A DNA stretch of 64,000 nucleotides from Escherichia phage UFV-AREG1: sequence record KX009778; one strand, given 5' to 3'. Under the pieces are notes generated by a model. That model was not told the DNA's origin. It worked only from the letters and a program-made list of their open reading frames with translations, and did no database searches. Made by a program: the position numbers and the translations under genes. Position 1 is the stretch's first letter, and every line of letters starts with the position of its first letter. Positions 11,838 to 22,592 of this stretch are shown in pieces.

Positions 11838-13349
11838 ATGACTGACATTAAAGTACATTTTTATGATTTTAGTCACGTGAGAATTGATTGTGAAGAAAGT
11901 ACATTTCATGAACTCCGTGATTTCTTTAGCTTTGAAGCTGATGGGTATCGTTTTAATCCTCGCTTCAGATATGGCAACTGGGATGGGCGAATCCGTCTTT
12001 TAGATTATAATCGACTTCTTCCATTCGGCTTAGTCGGGCAAATTAAAAAGTTCTGTGATAACTTTGGCTATAAAGCCTGGATTGACCCGCAGATTAACGA
12101 AAAAGAAGAATTATCAAGAAAAGATTTTGATGAATGGCTTTCTAAATTAGAAATCTATTCAGGAAATAAAAGAATTGAACCGCATTGGTATCAAAAAGAT
12201 GCAGTGTTCGAAGGATTAGTTAATCGTCGTAGAATTCTTAATCTTCCAACATCCGCAGGTAAATCCTTAATTCAAGCTTTGCTTGCACGTTATTATTTGG
12301 AAAATTATGAAGGTAAAATTCTTATCATTGTTCCAACAACTGCTTTGACAACTCAGATGGCTGATGACTTTGTTGACTATCGTTTATTCAGTCATGCAAT
12401 GATAAAGAAAATCGGTGGTGGAGCATCAAAAGATGATAAATATAAAAATGATGCACCAGTCGTTGTTGGTACATGGCAAACTGTAGTAAAACAACCAAAA
12501 GAATGGTTTTCCCAATTTGGTATGATGATGAATGATGAATGCCATCTTGCTACAGGAAAAAGTATTTCATCTATCATATCAGGTTTAAATAACTGCATGT
12601 TCAAATTTGGTCTATCGGGTTCATTACGTGATGGCAAAGCTAATATCATGCAGTATGTTGGAATGTTTGGTGAAATATTTAAGCCAGTAACGACTTCTAA
12701 ATTAATGGAAGATGGACAAGTAACTGAGTTAAAAATTAATAGTATTTTTCTTCGTTATCCTGATGAGTTCACTACTAAATTAAAGGGAAAAACTTACCAA
12801 GAAGAAATAAAAATTATTACTGGGCTCAGTAAAAGAAATAAATGGATCGCTAAATTAGCTATTAAACTTGCGCAAAAAGATGAAAACGCTTTTGTCATGT
12901 TTAAGCATGTATCACATGGTAAAGCTATTTTCGATTTAATTAAAAATGAATACGATAAAGTTTATTACGTATCAGGGGAAGTTGATACCGAAACCCGTAA
13001 TGTAATGAAAACATTAGCTGAAAACGGTAAAGGAATAATTATAGTAGCTAGTTATGGTGTATTTTCTACTGGTATTTCAGTTAAAAATCTGCATCACGTT
13101 GTTTTAGCGCACGGTGTTAAATCTAAAATTATTGTATTGCAAACAATAGGTCGTGTATTACGTAAGCATGGTTCTAAGACAATAGCAACAGTCTGGGACC
13201 TCATAGATGACGCGGGCGTGGTTTCTAAATCAAAAACATCTTCTAAAAAATACTCGCATTTAAACTATCTTTTAAAACATGGACTTGATCGTATTCAGCG
13301 TTATGCTGATGAAAAGTTTAATTATGTGATGAAAGAGGTTAAACTTTGA
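11838..13349 (+). CDS. uvsW: UvsW DNA/RNA helicase (SF2, DECH box)
   Basis: 503 aa; Walker A PTSAGKS and DECH motif in translation. Confidence 0.93.
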   Translation: MTDIKVHFYDFSHVRIDCEESTFHELRDFFSFEADGYRFNPRFRYGNWDGRIRLLDYNRLLPFGLVGQIKKFCDNFGYKAWIDPQINEKEELSRKDFDEWLSKLEIYSGNKRIEPHWYQKDAVFEGLVNRRRILNLPTSAGKSLIQALLARYYLENYEGKILIIVPTTALTTQMADDFVDYRLFSHAMIKKIGGGASKDDKYKNDAPVVVGTWQTVVKQPKEWFSQFGMMMNDECHLATGKSISSIISGLNNCMFKFGLSGSLRDGKANIMQYVGMFGEIFKPVTTSKLMEDGQVTELKINSIFLRYPDEFTTKLKGKTYQEEIKIITGLSKRNKWIAKLAIKLAQKDENAFVMFKHVSHGKAIFDLIKNEYDKVYYVSGEVDTETRNVMKTLAENGKGIIIVASYGVFSTGISVKNLHHVVLAHGVKSKIIVLQTIGRVLRKHGSKTIATVWDLIDDAGVVSKSKTSSKKYSHLNYLLKHGLDRIQRYADEKFNYVMKEVKL

Positions 13350-14038
13350 ATTATAAATTAATATATGATAATTTAATTAATAGAGCCCAGAATCGGGCTC
13401 GCCTTAATGGATACACTGAAACTCATCATATAATTCCTAGATGTATGGGTGGTACAGATGATAGGTGTAATTTAGTAGAACTAACAGCTGAAGAACATTT
13501 TATAGCCCATAAACTTTTAGCTAAAATTCATCCAAATCATTACGGTATAATTAAAGCCGTTATATGTATGGGAATGAACTCAAAGACTCATGAAAGACAC
13601 GTTAATAAATCTTACGCATGGGAACGTCGTAAAATGGCAGAACTTCAATCCGGTGAAGGTAATCCATTTTACGGAAAACACCATACGGAAGAACATAAAC
13701 AATATATGTCAAAACTCATGAAAAGTCGTCCAATTACATGGGGAAATAAAATTAGTAAAACTAAAAGAATGAACCCAACAAAATGGACCGAAGAAGCTAA
13801 AAGATTACATTCAATCAATCAATCGGGTAAAAATAATGGCATGTATGGAAGGAAACATTCCGCTAAATCTATTCAGAAAATTAAAGATAACATGCCAGAT
13901 AATTCAGGAGCTAATAACCCAGCTGCTAAACCTATAGAAGTAAATGGTGTTAAATATAAATGTATGAAAGACGCTTCTAAAGCTGCTGGATTATCAATGT
14001 ACAAACTAAGAATACTCAGAAAAACAGTTAATTTATAA
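13346..14038 (+). CDS. Free-standing HNH homing endonuclease (Mob-like)
   Basis: 230 aa; HNH motif ETHHIIPRCMGG…NLVELTAEEH; apparent TTG start overlapping uvsW stop (TTTGA); inserted between uvsW and uvsW.1. Confidence 0.8.
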   Translation: MNYKLIYDNLINRAQNRARLNGYTETHHIIPRCMGGTDDRCNLVELTAEEHFIAHKLLAKIHPNHYGIIKAVICMGMNSKTHERHVNKSYAWERRKMAELQSGEGNPFYGKHHTEEHKQYMSKLMKSRPITWGNKISKTKRMNPTKWTEEAKRLHSINQSGKNNGMYGRKHSAKSIQKIKDNMPDNSGANNPAAKPIEVNGVKYKCMKDASKAAGLSMYKLRILRKTVNL

Positions 14039-14050
14039 GGGCTTCGGCCC
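14039..14050 (+). terminator. Hairpin gggc-ttcg-gccc after HNH gene
   Basis: GC stem with UUCG loop then TTT. Confidence 0.45.
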
Positions 14051-14063
14051 TTTGGAGAAAAAG

Positions 14064-14294
14064 ATGTTACTAGAATTTAAACAATTTCTTTATGAAGCTT
14101 CTATTGATGAATTTATGGGTAAAATTGCCTCTTGCCAAACGATAGAAGGTTTAGAAGAACTTGAAGCTTATTATAAGAAAAGAGTTAAAGAAACTGAATT
14201 AAAAGATACTGATGACATCTCAGTCAGAGATGCTTTGGCAGGAAAAAGAGCTGAATTAGAAGATTCAGACGATGAAGTAGAAGAAAGCTTTTAA
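14064..14294 (+). CDS. uvsW.1: UvsW.1 small acidic protein
   Basis: 76 aa from ATG at 14064 (GGAG RBS); ORF track start at 14052 is a TTG. Confidence 0.8.
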   Translation: MLLEFKQFLYEASIDEFMGKIASCQTIEGLEELEAYYKKRVKETELKDTDDISVRDALAGKRAELEDSDDEVEESF

Positions 14295-14349
14295 ATTAAA
14301 AAAGGCCCAACCAAAAAGGAAGGGCCAAAACTATAGACTAAAGGTCACA

Positions 14350-14517
14350 CTATAGCAAAAGTTGTGTTTCATTTAATTGTTCTTCAGAACTTTCTGAAAC
14401 TGGTAGTTCTTTAATGTAATTATAGCAAGGCCCAGGATGTACAGGACCTTTGTCTGTTTCAACAACCAATGCAGAATCGATTGGAGTTTTACAGACAACA
14501 CAAATCTTATCTGACAT
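14350..14517 (-). CDS. Small Cys-containing protein (uvsY.-2 position), 55 aa
   Basis: ORF MSDKICVVCKTPIDS…PGPCYNY with GAGGAGA RBS 5 nt upstream; below ORF-track size cutoff. Confidence 0.5.
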   Translation of the reverse strand: MSDKICVVCKTPIDSALVVETDKGPVHPGPCYNYIKELPVSESSEEQLNETQLLL

Positions 14518-14545
14518 GATTGTCTCCTCTAAATTATATATCTAT

Positions 14546-14770
14546 TTATATAACTCTCATATGCATATCAATACCCATATCTTTAGAATAAAAATATTCA
14601 TCAAGATATCCGGCAAATTTTCCTTTAATATAAAGTACATCTTCACCGCATGGGTGGTCGGCCAGGATACGAATATCCTGACGCTTGAGATTATACTTTT
14701 TCATTAAGAATTGAATTTCCGTTTCGAATTCTTCTTCATAATTAAAAGCATCATCAATGCTATATTTCAT
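14546..14770 (-). CDS. Hypothetical protein (uvsY.-1 position)
   Basis: 74 aa ORF immediately downstream of uvsY. Confidence 0.7.
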   Translation of the reverse strand: MKYSIDDAFNYEEEFETEIQFLMKKYNLKRQDIRILADHPCGEDVLYIKGKFAGYLDEYFYSKDMGIDMHMRVI

Positions 14771-15183
14771 TATTTTCCAGCCTCAAATGCTCGCATGTCT
14801 TGAATATGCTTAATAGCAAATCCACGTGATTTAATAGCATCAAGAGCTCCGCTACAGAAATCCAATAAAATTCCCCAATATTGTAATGAAGTATCAACTT
14901 TTAAAACATCCTTATCAGCTGATAGAACTGTCTTCATTTCTGATTTCTCATAACGATCCATACTAAATTCATCACCATCTCCTCGTCCCGAGTAGTAGTC
15001 TAATTTAGCTTTAAGAGCAACTTTTTTCTGTGCTTCAATTCTAAGCATTTCCTTTTTAATACTTGAATGCTTATTAAGCCATTTACTATATAACATCACA
15101 TTATTAGCTGCTTCATATTGCAATTTAGTCGAATCTATAAACACATCTTTCTTCAATTCTTCTTGAAGATCTTCTAATCTCAT
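14770..15183 (-). CDS. uvsY: Recombination mediator protein UvsY
   Basis: 137 aa, matches T4 UvsY length and sequence. Confidence 0.93.
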   Translation of the reverse strand: MRLEDLQEELKKDVFIDSTKLQYEAANNVMLYSKWLNKHSSIKKEMLRIEAQKKVALKAKLDYYSGRGDGDEFSMDRYEKSEMKTVLSADKDVLKVDTSLQYWGILLDFCSGALDAIKSRGFAIKHIQDMRAFEAGK

Positions 15184-15249
15184 ATTGTTCTCTATTCAAT
15201 TGTTATTGGATGGACTTAGATTCATTATACCACGTTTATACGTGAAGCA

Positions 15250-15648
15250 TTATACTCTATTACTGGAAGCCAGTTGCAGTTTTATCTGCTCAATATCATC
15301 AGGGTTATCGATGACCGAAAAGCGTATTTCTACTATCAGAGTATAATCATCATAAACTGGTATTACATTAACTGCTAATTTATCAATACGTGGCTCGTAG
15401 TTTCTTACTGCGCTTTCAATGTTACGCTCAACGGTATCAGCAGTAAGAGGAGTCATATTCTCAAAAAGTTGATCAGATAAATCGCATCCAAATTCTGGGT
15501 CAAATGGCCTTGACCCTTTCCTGGTTGTAATAATTCCCAAAAGGCTATTTTTAATTGACCTTAATCCAAGGGATCTAGAAACATCTTTATCCCAATCCAT
15601 TTTCATTTCTGGGTCAATGTCAGAATAAAGCTTATTAATATTTGCCAT
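15250..15648 (-). CDS. 25: Baseplate wedge protein gp25
   Basis: 132 aa, matches T4 gp25. Confidence 0.93.
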   Translation of the reverse strand: MANINKLYSDIDPEMKMDWDKDVSRSLGLRSIKNSLLGIITTRKGSRPFDPEFGCDLSDQLFENMTPLTADTVERNIESAVRNYEPRIDKLAVNVIPVYDDYTLIVEIRFSVIDNPDDIEQIKLQLASSNRV

Positions 15649-16274
15649 TACAATAGCTCAAAGAATTCTTTGAGCCCTCTTATTACATGAGCGTGAGTTT
15701 TTCCACACTCTGGACACTTAATTGGAACAGCCAAATAAACAGTAGGCTTTAAAAGCATATCTTTTATAGCTACAATATCTGACTCTGTGATGATAGAATA
15801 TAAATCTTCCAACTCTTTTTCATTCAAGTCTTCAATTGGAATGCTTTCCCCGTTAGCATGAATCGTTTCTATGCATGATACTATCATGTGGGCTATATTT
15901 TTATCATCAAAAATTTTAGGGTAATGGAACTTAATTTTGATGTCACCCAGTGTATACCAGAGGTCTTCTGGTGCATCTATTTGCGTATGTAATAGATTTA
16001 TATGGGTTGGTATTTCAGTTCCACAGGTGCACTTCCAGGAGTTTTCGTGATTAACTTCCCCAAGAGAATGTGCCCATAAATGAATCAACAAGAGTTCTGA
16101 TTCTTGGCGGTTTAAATCTTTTGCATTTGTACAGTCTTTGATTAGCTTTTTAACAATCTCTTCTACTGAACCATTCTTTTTAGCAGTAATAAGTTCTAGA
16201 TATTCTTTAAGAGTAAATGCGCGACAGTTGATTATTTTAGAACCAACTCTCACATCAAATTTGTATTCATACAT
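15648..16274 (-). CDS. 26: Baseplate hub protein gp26
   Basis: 208 aa, adjacent and overlapping gene 25 start; synteny. Confidence 0.88.
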   Translation of the reverse strand: MYEYKFDVRVGSKIINCRAFTLKEYLELITAKKNGSVEEIVKKLIKDCTNAKDLNRQESELLLIHLWAHSLGEVNHENSWKCTCGTEIPTHINLLHTQIDAPEDLWYTLGDIKIKFHYPKIFDDKNIAHMIVSCIETIHANGESIPIEDLNEKELEDLYSIITESDIVAIKDMLLKPTVYLAVPIKCPECGKTHAHVIRGLKEFFELL

Positions 16275-16295
16275 ATTTAGCTCCTTTATTTATCA

Positions 16296-16303
16296 TATTT
16301 ATA
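16296..16303 (-). promoter_or_regulatory. T4 late promoter TATAAATA on minus strand upstream of gene 26
   Basis: Plus-strand tatttata = reverse complement of TATAAATA; overlaps the divergent plus-strand box. Confidence 0.55.
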
Positions 16304-16307
16304 AATA
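16300..16307 (+). promoter_or_regulatory. T4 late promoter TATAAATA upstream of gene 51
   Basis: Exact octamer 18 nt upstream of gene 51 ATG. Confidence 0.6.
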
Positions 16308-16324
16308 GAATAAAAGGAGCATCT

Positions 16325-17077
16325 ATGGCAAACATTATTCGTTGTAAATTACCAGATGGTGTTCATCGTTTTAAACCATTTACGGTAGAAGATTATCGAG
16401 ATTTTTTGTTAGTTCGAAACGATATAGAACATCGGTCACCACAAGAACAAAAAGAAGTAATTGCTGATTTAATTGCTGATTATTTTGGAGACTATCCAAA
16501 GACTTGGCAACCATTTATATTTTTGCAGGTATTTGTAGGTTCAATAGGTAAAACTAAAGTACCAGTCACATTCATATGTCCAAAATGTAAAAAAGAAAAG
16601 ACAGTTCCATTTGAAATATATCAAAAAGAATTAAAGGAACCTATTTTTGATGTAGCTAATGTTAAAATTAAATTAAATTTTCCTTCTGAGTTTTATGAAA
16701 ATAAAGCAAAGATGATTACTGAAAATATTCATTCTGTTCAAGTAGATGAAATGTGGTATGATTGGAAGGAAATTAGTGAATCAAGTCAAATAGAACTTGT
16801 TGACGCCATCGAGATAGAAACATTAGAAAAAATTCTCGATGCAATGAATCCTATTAATTTAACATTGCACATGTCGTGTTGTGATAAGTACATTAAAAAA
16901 TACACTGATATAGTAGATGTGTTTAAGCTATTAGTTAATCCAGATGAGATATTTACTTTTTATCAAATTAATCACACACTTGTAAAAAGTAATTATAGCT
17001 TAAATTCAATAATGAAAATGATTCCTGCCGAGCGCGGATTCGTATTAAAACTGATTGAGAAGGATAAACATCAATGA
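16325..17077 (+). CDS. 51: Baseplate hub assembly catalyst gp51
   Basis: 250 aa, synteny 26/51/27. Confidence 0.88.
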   Translation: MANIIRCKLPDGVHRFKPFTVEDYRDFLLVRNDIEHRSPQEQKEVIADLIADYFGDYPKTWQPFIFLQVFVGSIGKTKVPVTFICPKCKKEKTVPFEIYQKELKEPIFDVANVKIKLNFPSEFYENKAKMITENIHSVQVDEMWYDWKEISESSQIELVDAIEIETLEKILDAMNPINLTLHMSCCDKYIKKYTDIVDVFKLLVNPDEIFTFYQINHTLVKSNYSLNSIMKMIPAERGFVLKLIEKDKHQ

Positions 17078-18246
17078 GTATGTTACAACGTCCTGGATAT
17101 CCAAATCTCAGCGTTAAATTATTTGAGAGTTATGACGCTTGGAGTAATAATAGATTTGTTGAATTAGCTGCTACTATTACCACATTAACTATGCGTGACT
17201 CTCTTTATGGTCGAAATGAAGGAATGCTACAATTTTATGATTCTAAAAACATTCATACAAAAATGGATGGAAATGAAATAATTCAGATTTCTGTAGCTAA
17301 TGCAAACGATATTAATAATGTTAAAACACGAATTTATGGATGCAAGCATTTTTCCGTGTCAGTAGATTCAAAAGGCGATAACATCATTGCTATTGAATTA
17401 GGAACTATTCATTCTATAGAAAATCTTAAATTTGGTAGACCATTTTTCCCTGATGCCGGTGAATCTATAAAGGAAATGCTTGGCGTCATTTATCAAGACC
17501 GTACATTATTAACGCCAGCGATAAATGCTATTAATGCTTATGTTCCTGATATTCCATGGACTAGCACATTTGAAAACTATTTGTCATATGTAAGAGAAGT
17601 TGCTCTAGCGGTAGGAAGCGATAAGTTCGTATTTGTATGGCAAGACATCATGGGAGTTAACATGATGGACTATGATATGATGATAAATCAAGAACCATAT
17701 CCAATGATTGTAGGTGAGCCAACTTTAATAGGTCAATTTGTCCAAGAATTGAAATATCCATTAGCATATGATTTTGTTTGGTTGACTAAATCAAATCCGC
17801 ATAAACGTGATCCAATGAAAAATGCTACTATCTATGCTCATTCATTTTTAGATTCTTCATTACCAATGATTACTACAGGAAAGGGTGAAAACTCTATTGT
17901 AGTGTCAAGGTCAGGTGCTTATTCTGAAATGACTTATAGAAATGGATATGAAGAAGCTATTCGTCTTCAGACTATGGCGCAGTATGATGGTTACGCTAAA
18001 TGTTCTACTGTCGGTAATTTTAACTTGACTCCTGGCGTTAAAATTATTTTTAATGATAGTAAAAACCAATTTAAAACAGAATTTTACGTTGATGAAGTTA
18101 TTCACGAATTATCAAATAATAATTCCGTAACTCATCTTTATATGTTCACTAATGCAACGAAACTGGAAACAATCGACCCAGTTAAGGTTAAAAATGAATT
18201 TAAAACTGATACTACCACTGAAGAAAGTAGTTCTTCCGATAAGTAA
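17074..18246 (+). CDS. 27: Baseplate hub protein gp27
   Basis: 390 aa; ATGA overlap with gene 51. Confidence 0.92.
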   Translation: MSMLQRPGYPNLSVKLFESYDAWSNNRFVELAATITTLTMRDSLYGRNEGMLQFYDSKNIHTKMDGNEIIQISVANANDINNVKTRIYGCKHFSVSVDSKGDNIIAIELGTIHSIENLKFGRPFFPDAGESIKEMLGVIYQDRTLLTPAINAINAYVPDIPWTSTFENYLSYVREVALAVGSDKFVFVWQDIMGVNMMDYDMMINQEPYPMIVGEPTLIGQFVQELKYPLAYDFVWLTKSNPHKRDPMKNATIYAHSFLDSSLPMITTGKGENSIVVSRSGAYSEMTYRNGYEEAIRLQTMAQYDGYAKCSTVGNFNLTPGVKIIFNDSKNQFKTEFYVDEVIHELSNNNSVTHLYMFTNATKLETIDPVKVKNEFKTDTTTEESSSSDK

Positions 18247-18727
18247 TAAAGAAGTTTCTATTCCTAAGATGGGTCTTAAACATTATAACATTTTAAAAGA
18301 TGTTAAAGGTCCTGATGAAAATTTAAAGCTTCTTATTGATTCTATTTGTCCAAATTTATCACCGGCAGAAGTTGATTTCGTTTCTATTCATTTATTGGAA
18401 TTTAATGGAAAGATTAAATCTCGTAAAGAAATAGATGGTTATACTTATGATATTAATGACGTTTATGTATGTCAAAGATTGGAATTTCAATACCAAGGAA
18501 ATACATTTTATTTTAGACCTCCTGGAAAATTTGAACAATTTTTAACTGTAAGCGATATGTTATCCAAATGCTTGCTTAAGGTCAATGATGAAGTTAAAGA
18601 AATTAATTTTCTTGAGATGCCAGCATTTGTTTTAAAATGGGCAAATGATATTTCTACAACTTTAGCAATTCCTGGCCCTAATGGTCCAATAACCGGAATT
18701 GGCAATATTATTGGATTATTTGAATGA
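18194..18727 (+). CDS. 28: Baseplate hub distal protein gp28
   Basis: 177 aa from internal ATG at 18194 (ORF extends to 18152); overlaps 3' end of gene 27; start uncertain. Confidence 0.75.
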   Translation: MNLKLILPLKKVVLPISNKEVSIPKMGLKHYNILKDVKGPDENLKLLIDSICPNLSPAEVDFVSIHLLEFNGKIKSRKEIDGYTYDINDVYVCQRLEFQYQGNTFYFRPPGKFEQFLTVSDMLSKCLLKVNDEVKEINFLEMPAFVLKWANDISTTLAIPGPNGPITGIGNIIGLFE

Positions 18728-20496
18728 AAAAGCCACAAGAAATGCAAACGATGCGTAGAAAAGTTATTTCAGATAATAAACCAACACAGGAAGCGGCTAA
18801 ATCCGCTTCTAATACTTTATCTGGTCTTAATGACATTTCTACAAAATTAGATGATGCTCAAGCTGCCTCTGAATTAATAGCTCAGACTGTTGAAGAAAAA
18901 TCAAATGAAATAGTTGGAGCAATTGATAACGTTGAAAGCGCAGTAAGTGATACTACTGCCGGTTCTGAGTTAATTGCTGAAACTGTTGAAATTGGAAACA
19001 ATATTAATAAAGAAATCGGTGAATCGCTCGGAAGCAAATTAGATAAATTAACAAGTTTACTGGAACAAAAAATTCAGACAGCTGGAATTCAGCAAACTGG
19101 AACGAGTTTAGCAGTAGTCGAAAATGCTATTCCTGTTAAAGTCGTCGAGGATGATACGGCTGAATCTGTGGGTCCTTTATTACCGGCTCCTGAAGCAGTT
19201 AATAATGATCCTGATGCTGATTTTTTCCCTACTCCTCAGCCAATTGAACCAAAACAAGAGTCTCCAGAAGAGAAGCAAAAAAGAGACGCATTTAACTTAA
19301 AATTATCTCAAGCTTTAGATAAATTAACAAAGACAGTTGATTTCGGATTTAAGAAATCTATTTCAATTACTGATAAAATATCTAGCATGCTATTTAAGTA
19401 TACCGTCAGTGCTGCTATTGAAGCTGCTAAAATGGTTGCATTGATAATGGCTGTTGTTATTGGAATAGACCTGCTGATGGTTCATTTTAAATACTGGTCA
19501 GATAAATTTTCAAAAGCCTGGGATTTATTTAGCACTGATTTTAAAACTTTCTCAAGCGAAACAGGAACTTGGGGCCCTTTATTACAAAGCATCTTTGAAT
19601 CTATTGATGAAATTAAAAAGTTCTGGGAAGCTGGAGATTGGGGCGGATTAACAGTAGCTATTGTTGAAGGGCTTGGAAGTGTTCTTTATAATTTAGGAGA
19701 GCTTATTCAATTAGGTATGGCTAAATTATCTGCTGCAATTCTTCGAGTCATTCCTGGCATGAAGGATACTGCTGATGAAGTAGAAGGAAGAGCATTAGAA
19801 AATTTCCAAAATTCTACTGGAGCATCTCTTAATAAAGAAGACCAAGAAAAAGTAGCAAATTATCAAGATAAACGAATGAATGACGATCTTGGCCCAATAG
19901 CAAAAGGATTAGACAAAATTGCGAACTGGAAAACTCGTGCATCTAACTGGATTCGTGGTGTAGATAATAAAGAAGCATTGACTACTGACGAAGAACGTGC
20001 AGCAGAAGAAGAAAAATTAAAACAACTTTCACCGGAAGAAAGAAAAAATGCTTTAATGAAAGCTAATGAAGCTCGTGCTGCGATGATTCGTTTTGAAAAA
20101 TACGCTGATTCAGCTGATATGAGCAAAGACTCGACAGTTAAATCAATTGAAGCTGCTCATGAAGACCTTAAAAAACGAATGAATGATCCGGATTTAAATA
20201 ATTCACCAGCGGTTAAAAAAGAACTTGCTTCTAGATTTGCTAAAATTGATGCCACTTATCAAGAGCTCAAGAAAAATCAACCTGAAGCAAAACCTGAAAC
20301 TTCTGCTAAATCACCAGAAGCAAAACAGGTCCAGGTGATTGAAAAGAACAAAGCACAACAAGCTCCTGTTCAACAAGCATCTCCTTCAATCAATAATACT
20401 AATAATGTTATTAAGAAAAATACTGTCGTTCATAATATGACACCTGTCACAAGCACAACTGCTCCTGGTGTATTTGGTGCGACGGGAGTTAATTAA
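18724..20496 (+). CDS. 29: Baseplate hub / tail length determinator gp29
   Basis: 590 aa, matches T4 gp29 length; ATGA overlap with gene 28. Confidence 0.92.
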   Translation: MKKPQEMQTMRRKVISDNKPTQEAAKSASNTLSGLNDISTKLDDAQAASELIAQTVEEKSNEIVGAIDNVESAVSDTTAGSELIAETVEIGNNINKEIGESLGSKLDKLTSLLEQKIQTAGIQQTGTSLAVVENAIPVKVVEDDTAESVGPLLPAPEAVNNDPDADFFPTPQPIEPKQESPEEKQKRDAFNLKLSQALDKLTKTVDFGFKKSISITDKISSMLFKYTVSAAIEAAKMVALIMAVVIGIDLLMVHFKYWSDKFSKAWDLFSTDFKTFSSETGTWGPLLQSIFESIDEIKKFWEAGDWGGLTVAIVEGLGSVLYNLGELIQLGMAKLSAAILRVIPGMKDTADEVEGRALENFQNSTGASLNKEDQEKVANYQDKRMNDDLGPIAKGLDKIANWKTRASNWIRGVDNKEALTTDEERAAEEEKLKQLSPEERKNALMKANEARAAMIRFEKYADSADMSKDSTVKSIEAAHEDLKKRMNDPDLNNSPAVKKELASRFAKIDATYQELKKNQPEAKPETSAKSPEAKQVQVIEKNKAQQAPVQQASPSINNTNNVIKKNTVVHNMTPVTSTTAPGVFGATGVN

Positions 20497-20504
20497 GGAA
20501 TAAT

Positions 20505-21599
20505 ATGGCAATTGTTAAAGAAATAACTGCTGATTTAATTAAAAAGTCCGGTGAAACAATTTCAGCCGGACAGAGTACTAAATCAGAAGTAGGAACTAAA
20601 ACATACACAGCCCAGTTTCCAACTGGGCGTGCTAGTGGTAATGACACTACAGGGGACTTCCAGGTAACAGATCTATATAAGAATGGATTATTATTTACTG
20701 CATACAATATGTCATCTAGGGATTCTGGAAGTCTTAGAACGATGAGATCTAACTACTCTTCTTCATCTTCGAGTATTTTACGTACAGCCAGAAACACTAT
20801 CAGTAATACAGTATCAAAACTATCAAATGGACTAATATCAGATAATAATTCAGGAACAATAAGTAAAGTTCCTGTTGCAAATATTCTTTTACCTAGATCT
20901 AAATCTGACGTCGATACGTCATCACATAGATTTAATGATGTTCAAGATAGTCTTATTACAAAAGGCGGAGGAACTGCTACGGGCGTATTAAGTAATATGG
21001 CTTCAACTGCAGTATTTGGAGCGTTGGAAAGTATAACACAAGGTATAATGGCTGATAATAATGAACAGATTTATACGACAGCCAGAAGCATGTACGGCGG
21101 TGCTGAAAATAGAACTAAAGTGTTCACCTGGGATTTGACTCCGCGCTCAACAGAAGATTTAATGGCTATTATTAATATCTATCAGTATTTTAACTATTTT
21201 TCTTACGGTGAAACTGGTAAATCTCAATATGCTGCTGAAATAAAAGGATATCTAGATGAGTGGTACCGTTCTACTTTTATTGAGCCGTTAACTCCAGAAG
21301 ATGCAGTTAAAAATAAGACGTTATTTGAGAAAATGACATCGAGTTTAACTAACGTTCTTGTAGTTTCAAACCCGACAATTTGGATGGTGAAAAACTTTGG
21401 TGCAACATCTAAGTTTGATGGAAAAACGGAAATATTCGGTCCATGTCAAATCCAGAGTATCAGATTTGATAAAACACCTAATGGTAACTTTAACGGATTA
21501 GCTATTGCTCCAAATCTCCCTAGTACATTTACTCTCGAGATTACTATGAGAGAAATTATCACGTTAAACCGTGCTTCTTTATATGCGGGGACTTTTTAA
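20505..21599 (+). CDS. 48: Baseplate-tail tube junction protein gp48
   Basis: 364 aa, synteny. Confidence 0.92.
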   Translation: MAIVKEITADLIKKSGETISAGQSTKSEVGTKTYTAQFPTGRASGNDTTGDFQVTDLYKNGLLFTAYNMSSRDSGSLRTMRSNYSSSSSSILRTARNTISNTVSKLSNGLISDNNSGTISKVPVANILLPRSKSDVDTSSHRFNDVQDSLITKGGGTATGVLSNMASTAVFGALESITQGIMADNNEQIYTTARSMYGGAENRTKVFTWDLTPRSTEDLMAIINIYQYFNYFSYGETGKSQYAAEIKGYLDEWYRSTFIEPLTPEDAVKNKTLFEKMTSSLTNVLVVSNPTIWMVKNFGATSKFDGKTEIFGPCQIQSIRFDKTPNGNFNGLAIAPNLPSTFTLEITMREIITLNRASLYAGTF

Positions 21600-22564
21600 T
21601 GTATTCTTTAGAGGAATTTAATAATCAAGCAATAAACGCAGATTTCCAACGTAATAATATGTTTAGCTGCGTTTTTGCAACAACTCCATCAACTAAAAGC
21701 TCTTCGTTGATAAGTTCAATTAGCAACTTTTCTTATAATAACTTGGGCCTAAATTCAGATTGGTTAGGATTAACTCAAGGTGATATTAATCAGGGAATTA
21801 CCACGCTAATTACAGCTGGCACACAAAAACTGATAAGAAAATCGGGAGTCAGTAAATATCTTATTGGTGCCATGAGTCAACGTACAGTTCAAAGTTTATT
21901 AGGTTCATTTACAGTTGGTACATATTTAATTGACTTCTTTAACATGGCATATAACGCATCTGGATTGATGATATATTCTGTAAAAATGCCAGAGAATAGA
22001 TTATCCTATGAAACTGACTGGAACTATAATTCTCCTAATATTCGTATAACTGGGAGAGAATTAGACCCTTTGGTTATTTCATTTAGAATGGATTCAGAAG
22101 CATGTAATTATCGTGCAATGCAAGACTGGGTTAACGCTGTTCAAGACCCAGTAACTGGACTGCGTGCTTTGCCACAAGATGTCGAGGCAGACATTCAGGT
22201 TAATCTTCATGCTCGTAATGGATTACCTCATACTGCTGTGATGTTCACTGGATGCATTCCAGTGTCAGTGAGCGCTCCTGAGTTATCATACGATGGAGAT
22301 AACCAAATAACTACATTTGATGTTACTTTTGCATATAGAGTCATGCAGGCTGGAGCGGTTGATAGACAAGCTGCTCTTGAATGGCTTGAATCTGCTACTA
22401 TAAACGGTATTCAAAGCGTTCTCGGAAATAGTGGAGGTGTTACTGGACTATCTAATTCGCTTTCACGACTTAGTAGATTAGGAGGAACTGCAGGAAGCAT
22501 TTCAAACATTAATACTATGACAGGAATTGTCAATTCGCAAAGTAAAATATTAGGAGCAATATAA
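21599..22564 (+). CDS. 54: Baseplate-tail tube initiator gp54
   Basis: 321 aa, synteny. Confidence 0.92.
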   Translation: MYSLEEFNNQAINADFQRNNMFSCVFATTPSTKSSSLISSISNFSYNNLGLNSDWLGLTQGDINQGITTLITAGTQKLIRKSGVSKYLIGAMSQRTVQSLLGSFTVGTYLIDFFNMAYNASGLMIYSVKMPENRLSYETDWNYNSPNIRITGRELDPLVISFRMDSEACNYRAMQDWVNAVQDPVTGLRALPQDVEADIQVNLHARNGLPHTAVMFTGCIPVSVSAPELSYDGDNQITTFDVTFAYRVMQAGAVDRQAALEWLESATINGIQSVLGNSGGVTGLSNSLSRLSRLGGTAGSISNINTMTGIVNSQSKILGAI

Positions 22565-22567
22565 CAA

Positions 22568-22587
22568 TGGGGACCGAAAGGTCCCCA
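22568..22587. terminator. Bidirectional hairpin terminator between gene 54 (+) and minus-strand block
   Basis: tggggacc-gaaa-ggtcccca followed by T-rich tract. Confidence 0.65.
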
Positions 22588-22592
22588 TATTT

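Larger units (their letters stand above)
13346..14050 (+). mobile_element. HNH homing endonuclease cassette between uvsW and uvsW.1
   Basis: uvsW and uvsW.1 are adjacent in T4 (recalled); here separated by an HNH gene plus hairpin. Confidence 0.6.

Noticed and set aside
14450-14707. 85 aa plus-strand ORF
   Set aside because: Overlaps the better-supported minus-strand ORF at 14546..14770 and has a low-complexity translation; no promoter or RBS support.
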